Shown piece by piece: positions 1 through 11,698 of a stretch of DNA of 64,000 nt. This DNA comes from Laetmonice hystrix (Eukaryota). Location of the stretch: contig OZ249448.1 in NCBI GenBank assembly GCA_965235115.1, forward strand, positions 7,626,001-7,690,000. Direction: 5' to 3'. Numbering within the stretch: the stretch's first letter is position 1; the number at the start of each line of letters is the position of its first letter. Below the pieces are notes generated by a model. The model was not told where the DNA came from, made no database searches, and saw only the letters and a list, made by a program, of their open reading frames with translations. Made by a program: the position numbers and the translations under genes.

Positions 1-257
1 GCCACAATCCCCGGCCTTCACACAAACCGCCACGAATTTCTATGAGCCATGCGCACTGTTCATTAAACACTATTTCTCGGGGCTGAAAAACATAGAGCCC
101 CAACATGCCCGGCGGGTCGGAGGGGATGAACCTGGGTGACTTATCAGAGCACTGCACACTACCCTCCCTCCCACACCACCCCGGGCCACGGACAGCACTG
201 AGAGAGCAACCTCTGTGGTCGGCAAACTGGGCCGCCGGGAGGCGAAAATCTACTTAC

Positions 258-302
258 GCTTTGCCGTGACAGCGGAGAGTCAAATTTGGAGATTTTGTTC
301 AA
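258..302 (-). CDS. AUTS2: AUTS2-family exon, 45 nt, LNKISKFDSPLSRQS (phase 0/0)
   Basis: Acceptor gtcttgtctatttccag| and donor |gtaagt. Phase 0 matches the upstream exon ending ATG|gtaagt at 2492. Length and position match the 15-aa vertebrate exon recalled as FDKYPTKVDPFYRHS. Confidence 0.85.
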
Positions 303-2491
303 CTGGAAATAGACAAGACATGATTGTAGCGAACGGTGGGTGCTCGGGGCACGACGGGAGGTTGTCCTAAGTCAGGCTGGGACAGTCCCCGTGTAAACCC
401 CCTCCCCTTCCACCTCACCTACACAACGGGCCCTCCCCACATCTAATGTCACAACACATAAAAAAAACCGGCACCAATTTCATGGTGCATTATTGCATCG
501 TTCCAAGCGTTGTTTGCATTAGGTGCAGCGCGCAATGAAATAAATGATCCAATAAGAACTCCATCTACGTAAACGAAGGCACCTCTTTGATCTTCCCATC
601 CCTATTCTTCACCAAGTCTGCCGATAAAAAAACCCCACAAATACAATCTTAGAGGCTGAGAAAAACCGACCAGAATGATTGGGATATTGGATAACGTGAA
701 GCCAGTCGGCAATATATTTATTTATGTCCCCTCCAATAGTGTATTCTACCATGAGGTCAATGCGTACACAATTTTGTAAATTGGGTAAAAGCCACACGAC
801 ACACATTATTACGAAGGGAGGGTTCAAATTTTACATATACAAAAGAAGCACTAAACCATATCAACATTGCGGGGGGGGGGGGGGGGGAGGGGGGTTCTCG
901 AACCCCTATGATGACCGACATATAGATGACCTACATCCTAAATCCCATACCCCCTTCCGTCACTCGCCCGCTCTGTTTGCAGTCACATGCCGGCAACATT
1001 ATTATTACTTTGACTGAAATAAATGTGCCCACACAAGTATAGTTGGGTGTTGACATGCCATGTTAAAACAAACATATTAGATAGACAGATCTCCTAGGGC
1101 TATGGATGCAGGTATTGCGTTATTTCTATCGGAAATGCGGTCACTAATGTAGGGTGAGCCAATCACAGGCAAGGTTACAAGGCGTTACGGTAAACCAATT
1201 ATCGACCTACCTTTGCTTGCCGATCTCGTTCAGCGAGTTCTGCCAGATTGTGAGGCTGACCGAGGAAGCCAGGTTTCTACAAATACAATTCACACATCAT
1301 CAACATCTGACGGTGACCTATAAAAACATGCCGACATCATAAAATTACTGATCCTGGATGACCTATATAATGCATCCCCTTTTCCCTGGCTTCATAAAAA
1401 ATGTAGTTCTTGTCGATGGAAATTCATCAAAGGTTTTTCAAAACATTTAAAAAAGCCACAACGACATCAAGATTTCAGTCAGAATAGAATCCCACCTCAT
1501 GAAGAATTTCGTTTTCTTTCATTTCCTTTCCTTTCAAAGAGGTAATTTTCAGATCTCTTCCAAAACTCGCGCACCGTTTTACATGTTATACTGGGAGTGT
1601 GCGTGGCTGGGTTAGCGTGCGGGGAGTTGGCTGGTAAAATGCGGGTCCCTGAGGCCCGGACTAACTGTGTTGGGCCTTTGTCAGTACATGGCGATGTAAC
1701 AAAAGAGGCCCAGTGAATCGTTCAATGTTTCATGAGAATGCTGACACGGGTGAAAGCCTATTTGTACAGTACAGTATTGGTTATGGCAGTCTGCCACTCC
1801 TCCATGATATCACCAACTCGTCCTAATGGATGTGCCGACTAGTTCATCCCTCCACAAAGGTTATAGATTTTTCAGGCTGTCAACATTAACAACCCCTAAT
1901 TGAACGGTACGTTTGAAGATAAATAAAGTATAAATACATCAGATGGTGGAGTTTCCAGCAGGAGTTTAGCACTTGGGTTGGGGGTCCATGGTTGGTTTTA
2001 GATGAGTACAGGTAACATTGAGGTGTAAATATTTCCATCACACAGTATGATAAACGTCCCAACCTTTGTGGTACCAAACTCTTACACATGAACACACGCT
2101 TACATTTCATGATACATGTAATTTATCGACGGGATCTCCCCACTAAAAAACCAACCAGACTGTTTGCGTTCAACAAAATGTACATGTGGTTTTGTGGACA
2201 GGACTTTCTCTCGTCACAGTCGTTGGCCTACAACTGGTCAGTTGTGATATGTTATACACACAGCTGCTGTGGCTCAATACCTTACAAATGTCACCGAATC
2301 CTCCTGTCCTATTCATAAAGTGGAAACGCTCCCAGACTATGTCCCAGTGGTAGTACTGGTAGTGGCCTGGTACTACTTACAAAATGGGGCTTTGTAGCAG
2401 GCAACTCAGTAAGTGCACAACCCCGCGGACTACAGGTCTTCTCAACAGGTGGCTAAAGTCGGGCATGAGAATAAAAAACTAGATCACTTAC

Positions 2492-2703
2492 CATGTGTGG
2501 GTTTGGTGAGTGGTTGAGGCTGCCACCTAGTGGCGAGTAGGCACCGTAATGCTGATGCATGTGTTGATGTTGGTGCATATGTTGGTGTTGATGCTGGTGC
2601 ATCTCAGCGCGCAGGTAGGGAGGCGGGCCGATTGCCGCGGCCATTTGTCTGTCCTGAGAGGCCAGGAACCGGGTATTCAACTCCTGTCGTATGAGATCCT
2701 GAC
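2492..2703 (-). CDS. AUTS2: AUTS2-family exon: [70 protein letters not shown] (phase 1/0)
   Basis: Close match to recalled human AUTS2 [17 protein letters not shown]...[23 protein letters not shown]...PPM. Acceptor ttgcag| (in-frame alternative ttttag| at 2712) and donor ATG|gtaagt. Confidence 0.95.
2520..2533 (-). promoter_or_regulatory. CTCF core motif CCACTAGGTGGCAG inside a coding exon
   Basis: Exact match to CCRSYAGRKGGCRS, overlapping the codons for SPLGGS. Confidence 0.4.
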
Positions 2704-3035
2704 CTGCAACACCTAAAACGGTAAACCAAAGGTCAGCAAGTACAAATCAACCCAGCAACAATAGACAAATCAACCCAGCAATAATAGATTATATTATGGC
2801 TGGCTTCCGGCCGGGTTATCTTACAACGGAACCATGAGGGCCTTTCACAATTCGATATTAAAGAATATCTGCAATACAAGAATTAGTATGACTAGGTTTT
2901 AATTGATGAACTATATCGGTATCTGAAGACGGTCCATCACTATCTTTTAATGGCGCTATCATTCGTGTGACCTTTCGGTGACCTTATACAGATGAGGGGA
3001 ATGGATGTCAGATTGTGGGTGTGTATTGTTAACAC

Positions 3036-3637
3036 TTGGGACCAATCATGGTATGTGATCTCAAGGGACGGTGATACAGTGCTAGCATCCCTAGTGGTAT
3101 AGTTAAACCTCTTGGTGACCAATCATGGTATGTGATCTCAAGGGACGGTGATACAGTGCAAGCATCCCTAGTGGTACAGTTTAACCTCTTGGTGACCAAT
3201 CATGGTATGTGATCTCAGCGGACGGTGATACAGTGCAAGCATCCCTAGTGGTACAGTTTAACCTCTTGGTGACCAATCATGGTATGTGATCTCAGCGGAC
3301 GGTGATACAGTGCAAGCATCCCTAGTGGTACAGTTTAACCTCTTGGTGACCAATCATGGTATGTGATCTCAGCGGACGGTGATACAGTGCAAGCATCCCT
3401 AGTGGTACAGTTTAACCTCTTGGTGACCAATCATGGTATGTGATCTCAGCGGACGGTGATACAGTGCAAGCATCCCTAGTGGTACAGTTTAACCTCTTGG
3501 TGACCAATCATGGTATGTGATCTCAAGGGACGGTGATACAGTGCAAGCATCCCTAGTGGTACAGTTTAACCTCTTGGTGACCAATCATGGTATGTGATCT
3601 CAGCGGACGGTGATACAGTGCAAGCATCCCTAGTGGT
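3036..3637. repeat. Minisatellite, 77-bp unit, about 7.8 copies
   Basis: Unit tggtgaccaatcatggtatgtgatctcagcggacggtgatacagtgcaagcatccctagtggtacagtttaacctct, near-identical copies. Confidence 0.95.
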
Positions 3638-6600
3638 TTCACCATGTCCTTACATTGTGAACTAAAACCACCTCTTGAAGACATCACAGCCACTCCTAGT
3701 GCTGGTATTTTCCACAATCTGCCGAATCTACCCCAGACTATTATTTCTCTTTGTGTAAGCTGAGCCTAAAGACAACAGAAACCACGTTTGTTTCACAACG
3801 ATAAAGACACGTCGTGCCATGGAAAATAGGGCCAGCCAATCTACACTTACTACCCAACTTCGCAGCCATTGGCTAAAATTAATTAGGAGGCGATGTGATT
3901 GCCCTGTAGCAGGCGGCCAGGGGCGACAATAGCTGGGGCGGTGGCCGTACACATTAGTTGGATGTGGTAGTGAGAGGATAGGGTAAGTGTGTTAGAGTCG
4001 GTAATGGTGGGTTCCCACGCGCGCTGCACGACCAGCCCTGGCACTGTCTAATCCGCCCAGCTCGCCGCTGGCGTGCTGGGCCCTCTGTCACGGCGCACCC
4101 AGCGGAATATTAATTTGTTGATGGTATGGTGTCATGCGAAATCAGCGTCCCCTCCGCCCTGCCGCCTGAACCTGATAATCTCAGCTCACACAGCCAGCAC
4201 ACTTAATGTGACTGCGCCACCACGCAAACTCACCACTGATATGAACTTGTGTCTAAAACAATTTATGTCAGAAAACAGTTCTGCATTGCCTACACAGAAA
4301 ACATCCTCATCCAGTTCTTAGTCACAGGAATTTGCTGATTCCTTTTTCATGCCAACACTGTAGCTCATCCCTTTCTTTAAAAAGAAGGCTTACCCCGCAC
4401 TCTAAATATCCAATCAGTGAGAGTTTACATCTCATGATGTCTGTCACTTTCTATCCATAAAACATCAGGGATGAGGCAGGAATTGCTACTGTCAGGCATC
4501 CTTATTGTGGCCATGGCGACCGGCGGCGACGCTCTAATCCCATGATCCCATCCGACTCCCAATTCAATTTGTCATGTCATGCAAAAACTGAACATTTAGC
4601 GCTAACCTGATTATCAAGGCGACTCCCTGCTGGGGCCGGCACAAAGTGTTTAAACACCCTCAGGGATATTAATCTTGTGACACATCCACCCATGTCGCAG
4701 TGAATGTTGTCCCTCCTGCCATGCTCCCCCCCCCTATCACTTATTGTCCCTACCCATCCTCGCCAGAACCACTTTCTGTTCATCTTCGTTTGTGTCGCTC
4801 TTACTCCGGCAAATGCCCAGCGGCCAAGCCACGGTCACCATTTGCATTTCCCGAATGCAGTGTCCATAGAAGACGTCTATATCACATTATCTAATGTAGT
4901 GAGGGTGGACCAGCTCCCGGCGGCCCCCACACGGCCACCATGTCGCCCACTCTGACCCGCTAACGGCCCGGCCAGTGCTGGCCTACAAGGCAGCCACATT
5001 TGCTTTGATTGCTACGCAAACGCAATTCCCTGATGGCCTCTGATAGGCCGATACGCACACCCCGCCCCCCATTTGTCATGTAACCATGGAGATGAGCTTG
5101 TCGCCATGGCAGTCGTACCCCCATCACCCCACTCTATTGACTCCCCTCTGGCCCAAGCCTTCAATCGTTGTCCTCCGGTGTCCCCGACTGTCACAGAGGG
5201 CACTATATGCAGGGCCACACTACTCTGCTGACCAGTCAATATCACTGATGAGCCCTGCTCTCATGGATTCCCTCGCCAAGCCCAGTCAACAGTGAAGCCG
5301 TCTACAAGAAGCCACCCCCATTGACATCTTAGTCCAGTTTAGCTGCCCCTTCCTGCTTCCTCAGAACGCCGGGAAGGGGGGTGTTGGTATGATAGAATGG
5401 CCCACGACTGCGGTCTGTAACGGCTGCCGTTTATTTCTACTCCCTCCGGGCCTCATGTCATGTGTGGTGTAAACCCACGGCAATCTTAATCGTATTAATC
5501 AACCATAATGCTTGGCCGTTAATGCCACGAGTATTCCCCGCGCAACACCTGGGTTTGCCTGATATGCAGCCATGCCATGGATTGCCAGATCCCAAGGGGG
5601 CCACAGCCTCGCTCTAGATTGCTTACACAGTCATCACATAACATTCGCTTCCTTTGGGGGCGATATTCAAAAAAATACAGTACTCCAACAATAAACTCTT
5701 CTGCTGCTTCAGGTCTGATAACCCACAACACTCGTAATCTGCGCCCAGACGTAATCTTTCACCTTAATCTTCTTAGCTCATAATTCCGGTAATTTCAGTG
5801 GATTATGCCGCGGCATTATGAGCCTGTCTGTTGTGATAATCCGTCAGCTTTACGCTTAATACACGCGCCTGTGAGGATCTTGCATCTACGATACCGCAAA
5901 TTATGCAAAATACACATCTTTGAGCTACTCATGGGGAAGAATGGAGAGAACGGTTTCCTGCGATGTGAATGGATGGTGTCGATGATATTGTACGAACGGG
6001 TAATCCCACGAGTTCAACAATAATATGCAAAGCCGGGTCCCATAAAAACCATGGCAACATCAATCACCTAGCACCACAACGCTTAGATAAAACAGCTCCT
6101 CTGTGGCGCTCCCTCGAGCTCAATTTGCCCGTGTCCCTGCTGCCCCATCATTGCCACGCCTGTCTCCAAGCCCCAGTCATATTAATCTAAAAATTCCCCC
6201 AAGTCGGTGTAAAACTGCCACGCCGCAAATGTGCAGCAATGGTGAAAATCCCAATTCTCTCCTCGCTGTCATTATGTCGTGTCGCCATCTTTTTTCCGTT
6301 CCCCCAAGTCGGCCGACTGTGCCTTTTTCACAAAGCTCGGGGTATAATTAATGCTCCCCGTCTGGCTTTGTTGTCTTCGGCTCAGGTCAACCCAGCTCAA
6401 TGGGAAAGAAAAATACGCAGAATGGCGTTTTTGTTCATTATTTGGAGCGCCCTTAAATCCTGCTGCATTCTCTCAGCAAAGGAGGCATTCCCCTCAATAC
6501 TTGCATGGGGAGTCGAGGGGGGGGGGATCCGGCGTCTGGTACCTCCTAACGCTGGGGGTGGGGGTGAGGGGTGAGGGAGTGGGGGTGAGGGGCAGCCACA

Positions 6601-6740
6601 ACCACTGTCCCCTCATCATAATGTAGTGAATGAGAACAAGAAAACCTGGGTACAACATTCCACCAACAGCACTCCTGGCATATAACCAAAGCTAGAGAAA
6701 AACGACATCTGGCCGAGACATACTTGGAAGGAAATAAGAG

Positions 6741-6866
6741 GAAAAAGTAGTACAGTATGATAGGCACTGATGGTCAAATGAAAAAGTAGTACAGTATGAT
6801 AGGCACTGATGGTCAAATGAAAAAGTAGTACAGTATGATAGGCACTGATGGTCAAATGAAAAAGTA
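6741..6866. repeat. Tandem repeat, 39-bp unit, about 3 copies
   Basis: Unit aaaaagtagtacagtatgataggcactgatggtcaaatg. Confidence 0.9.
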
Positions 6867-7389
6867 CCAGCCAAAACGACTGGACGGATCACTGGGGAAA
6901 AACCACTCTACAATACGTTGCTTCCACAATGCTATTTGTAGACACGTGCTACAAATAATAAATTCCCTTAAACGGCAGACTAACGTACTTTTACCGTTAC
7001 TACCACCCCATACCGGCTGCCAATAATGAGAAAAATTAACACCATACATTTCACTGCCAAGTAAAGTAAGCAATGCTTGCCAAGAATGCAACAGTGTCAT
7101 GAATAATGGCCGATCCTGTCCACATTGTCATACCATCCTTCTGTCATGTATTACCAACTGTAGATGCGCAGGCCGCAACCACATTCCATCGAGTACCTTT
7201 AAGAGAAGTATCATCAGGGCTTATAGGTTCTGATTGGTTGGTCTAAGCAGACCAGCCAATCAGAAGTCTTAAGCTTAGGCTTAAGTAAGATCTTAAGTTG
7301 CTGTGTGGGTGCTGGGACACAATGAGAGAGATAATCCCTAATGTTATAGTACAGGAGATAGGAGTGACAGATGTGAGACCACCTGTTGT

Positions 7390-7640
7390 GACCACTGATT
7401 GGTCTCAGGTACACCTGCTATGTGCCAGCCCAGCCGGCATACAGCACCCTCGGAGGTAGCACCCCGTCCCCGTCTCCACTGATTGGTCTCAGGTAGACGA
7501 TCTGTACACCTGTGCCAGCCCAGCCTGCATACAGCACCCTCGGAGGTAGCACCCCGTCCCCGTCTCCACTGATTGGTCTCAGGTAGACGATCTGTACACC
7601 TGTGCCAGCCCAGCCTGCATACAGCACCCTCGGAGGTATA
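7390..7640. repeat. Tandem repeat, 90-bp unit, about 2.8 copies
   Basis: cgtctccactgattggtctcagg... recurs at 7471 and 7561; the first copy is partly deleted. Confidence 0.9.
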
Positions 7641-10352
7641 CGACCCCCTCCCTGTCATCCCGTTCACACCTGTACATGACCGTCAGTACTGCGCCCATTT
7701 CGTTCTTATCTGTTGACAGATGACAGGATAACGGCCTGCTCGGATCCTCACAACGGACGCTGACAGACGACCCTGTCATGACAAGTTGTCATGACAAGTT
7801 GTCATGACAACCCGTCACCTGACAGCTAACATACGTTGAGCCCAGATGAAAAGCGATAAGTATGACAAGTCGGTGACTTACATTACACTATCCGGCATCG
7901 ACCCTGACTGACAGTAGCGGTACCTAGGAGAAGAACCTCGTTAAGGATTCTTCCTGCCGTCCAACATAGGCAGGTGGTGTTTCGTTACTTATTACGGTTT
8001 CTGTGTCAATACCCTGGGAGGTATTCCATTGTCCACACCCACCCACCCCGACCGAGCAACCAGAAACCTATCCCCAGCGGCCCAGCGGATGTCAACCCGA
8101 GCTCTAACTACTCCAGCTCATTCACCAAGCCTATTGTCTGACTCAATTAATTTTTCTCCCCCTTAACTCAGCGGTTTGTATTGCCGTGGAACATGATGCC
8201 ATGTAATACTGTTTAATGAGAGTAGTATGATGAAATGGGAGTTTGGCCTCTGGCCTTCAATGTGAGGCACCGGATTTCATTGGCACCAACTTAAGCCAAG
8301 AGGGAAGGGGAGGGCTGGATCAGCAACCTCCGGGCCACCCCATCCCAGTGCCCCCCTAAGTGCACGAATACCCCCCCCCCCATTATCAGCAAACCACAGG
8401 TGTGCGGTGGGAATATAAGGGATCCAATTATGATCCAGGTAATCAGGCTGAGAGATGGCGGCCGTGTGGGCCATGTAGACCAGCCGGCCCCAGCACACAG
8501 CCCCAGTCACCAGCCACACGGCCCCAGCACACAGCCAGTACCCACACAGACGGCCCTAGTCCACCCTCATTCATGACAGCACCTAATCAACCTATAATTG
8601 TCCACAGAGGCACACAGCCAACCGACCGACGTACGCCCAAAGGGGCACGATCTCAGAGAACACCTTCAACAAGCGCCTGGTAAACACTTTTTTCTCCACT
8701 CCCGTATAGTTTTTTTTTAAATTTTTTGCTGGTGTGGGAGTCTTTGTTCAACACAGATGTAAGCCATGACATCTGTGTTCGGAAAGCCCCCATACAAGTC
8801 CACATGCTGGTCGTCTTACAACTGGGAGCTGGTACGACTTCAACCCTTTTTTTAACCGTTTGACAAACATACTGAAGGTTTTATCCTAATGTTTGTAGAA
8901 GCTAGAATACGTACGTCATCAGCATGTTTACACTAACTGCAACCTGTTTTCTTTTGACGAAAAAAACCCGGCTTCCTTTCAAATTGGCAGGGGTACAACC
9001 ACTGCTGTGGGCTCTCCACAGCCGACAGCGCGTTGTGCCGTTTTGCCACCAGATGGAGTTACTGAGCCCCGCCCGCCCCGTCACTGGTCCGTCTGTGAGT
9101 GGAGCGTGGTGAACGCACACAAAGGGCTCGTCACAGTGACCACTCCAGCCTGTACTGACCACTGGTTATCATTCTCTATTCAGGCCGTGTCCGACGACTA
9201 CAAGCTGTGTCAGAGACAACAGTAGCCAGATGACCTGACGGTCGGATGCCCCCTCCCTCACCCTGGGTCGTGTCACTGAGGCTGACAACAAGATGGTGGA
9301 AACTGGCCCGGCGGTGCGTCAGATGGCAGACCACCGCCGCCACCACTATCACCACCACCATCTCCCGGGGGATCCAATAGGGATCCGATATGATCCCAGC
9401 ACCACCTCGGTGGGACTCCCCCACCAAAACGTTAAGGTCTACGGGGTTCTTCACTTCAACCCCCGGCTCTCAGTGGGCTGACGGCACAGGTCAGCCTGCC
9501 CCGGGCGGAGGGTGGCAGTGGAGAGGGCAAAGGACTTGATACCTTCACTCACACCTGCTGCCGTGAAGGAGGCCTTGTGAGGCACTCAGGGGCGCGACTT
9601 ATGGCTGACATAGGACAATAGGCCAGCTGGTATCGACAACAGCCAGTGGCTAGTGGACGACAGGGGTTGGGAGAGGGGTGGGGAGTACGGGCAGCATACC
9701 CCGGCCTGTAGCTCGGGTTGTGACGGGTCGTGAGGTGCAGGTCCGCCGAGACGGCAGCCACCGTGGCTCCTGGAGACAAACCTGAAGCCACACTCTGGCT
9801 GCGGGTCGTCCTGACAGAGTCGGCTGGCGACGAGTACTCCTATTGTAGACCACCGAATACATGGAGTAGTAATCCTTTGTCAAGGTAACCCGGCTGGGGG
9901 TTATACACAGCTATACATCCACTGCACAACATCACAGGCACAACACAATAAACACACCAACACATGACCAGATGAACCGGTTGTAGCTGTCACAATATTC
10001 ACTCCAGTCCCAGGGCCGTCCAAGGCACCCAGCTTATATTGTATCCGTCCTTTCACTGTGAATGTATGCATCCCTCTAGGACGATCCGCGTCGCCAACAC
10101 AACAGTGGCAAGTAATACTGCTCTATATGCACATCCTACCTTACTAACACGCTCTCACTCGTCTTCCTCCTCCTCTGTCTGTGCTCGTATCCGGCCGGGT
10201 ATAGAGTAGACATCCAGAATTATCCACACCCGCCTCGGTAAGTATAATCCAGGGGTGTTCTTCCTTGTGGTCGCCGTCAAAGATGAAGCCTCTCTGCCAG
10301 CAGCAGTAGTTCTGACACATCCAAGCACACACTGCCGAAATCACCTACCTAC

Positions 10353-10377
10353 CTTTGGTTTCTATGCCGACTAACAT
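10353..10377 (-). CDS. Candidate alternative first coding exon MLVGIETK(G), splicing in phase 1 onto the 2703/2712 exon
   Basis: gccATG context and donor AAAG|gtaggt. Phase 1 matches the 2703 acceptor. It lies at the 3' end of a CpG/GC-rich leader-like stretch (about 10380-10830). Confidence 0.55.
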
Positions 10378-10779
10378 GGCCGTGGTTGAGGCGAGACTGT
10401 GCGGGCGGGGCGGGTGTCTGCGAGTGTGATGGCTGGCGGCCCGAGCTTTGTCCGCGGCGGCGGGCGGCGGTGGACGGTGTGCGCATGCACGCGTGTAGTG
10501 CCGGGGTGGGGGTGCGGGGTACGTACGTCCAAGGCTGGCGGCTGGCTGGCTGCTGCTGCCGCCACTCTCACTTGGCGTCCTTCTCTCGCCTGACAGCCGC
10601 CTCGTAATTATGTTCAAAATTACGCTGTGTATTACACTCAATTACTCTGGATGGCGAGGGGGGGGAGGTCCGATGGGCTCTGAGTCATACGTGGTACCGT
10701 CTCCAACCAGCGACCAGCGCCGCTCTGTGAGTACCTGCGCCTTGTACGGGGAATCTTGTACCAGTCCAAGGATGTGCAC

Positions 10780-11075
10780 AGTGCCGTGTGCGCTGGCCGT
10801 GTGCCGCGCCAGCTCGCGCTCCCTCTGGTTTTAGCCAATATAATCCAATTCTGGTCTCTTAGGCAAAATCTGTTCGTCGGAAGCGATCTGAGATGATAGG
10901 CTATTTGTGTTCATGACGGGCGGGCAGCACCCGCCTCATAATTCATAAATCGATGCCATTCTCAAACGGTGCAAACAGGCGCCAGGCGCTGAGCGCATCC
11001 AGGGGGCGGGGCTTGCCACCATGATTGGCAGGCAGCAGGGCATGCGATTGGGTCGGGGGAGCAGCGTGTATTTAG
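10780..11075 (-). promoter_or_regulatory. Putative internal promoter (two CCAAT boxes and a GC box)
   Basis: ATTGG at 11024-11028 and 11047-11051 (CCAAT on minus) and GGGGCGGGGC at 11003-11012, upstream of the GC-rich leader and the ATG at 10377. Confidence 0.5.
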
Positions 11076-11684
11076 GGTGAATTACCACAGCCTGATGGGT
11101 ACATTACAACACTAATGGAGCAAGTCTGCATCTATTTCCACTGTTAATGGGATCGGAATGGACCCGATAACTCAATCGTGGTGGCTAATCGCTGCAACAC
11201 CACTTTTGCCTGACAAAAGACCATGAAGTACGAAAAAAACACCTCCTGGTTGACTCGGAAGCCGAGTGCTCACAAAATACAATCGAGCTGCAGCGCAACA
11301 CTGCATCAAGTATTGACATGAGGACCCTACCGCTAGGCGGGTGGTGGTCGGGGGTGTGGAGGGGGTCTCAGCGGAGGAGGAGGCAGGGGCCCAGTTTTCA
11401 CGGCAATGGTTCCTTTCACATGACTGGTTCAGCCATTCTCCCTCCAGTCAGCCGGCCTACCCGTCCCCACTCACTGCGCCCTGCCCCCTCCCCACCCCAC
11501 CCCACCGTCACACTCCCTGGTGTGTCACCCCGACACGCTGTGCGTGCCCGTAATTGACACACCATAACATTTTAATTCCACGCTTGCCTCTGATCCCTTT
11601 CATGGGTGGGGCGGCGGCGGCAATCAAGGGCGACAAATGAAAACGCCTGATCGCCTGCCAATTGGTCTCGCACATAATGTCACT

Positions 11685-11698
11685 GTTGCCATGGCAAC
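11685..11698. promoter_or_regulatory. Perfect palindromic RFX X-box GTTGCCATGGCAAC
   Basis: Exact consensus. A CCAAT lies about 25 bp away and a second X-box-like GTCTCTATGGCAC follows. Confidence 0.55.

Noticed and set aside
180-200. REST/RE1-like ccacggacagcac
   Set aside because: Right half-site only.
8360-9490. Plus-strand ORFs and splice-like sites suggesting a nested antisense gene
   Set aside because: No recognisable protein; the candidate exon at 9184 stops quickly in all frames.
9550-9843. Possible minus-strand exon EYSSPADS...RQQ
   Set aside because: Phase 0 does not fit the phase-1 intron, and the phase-1 reading hits a stop.
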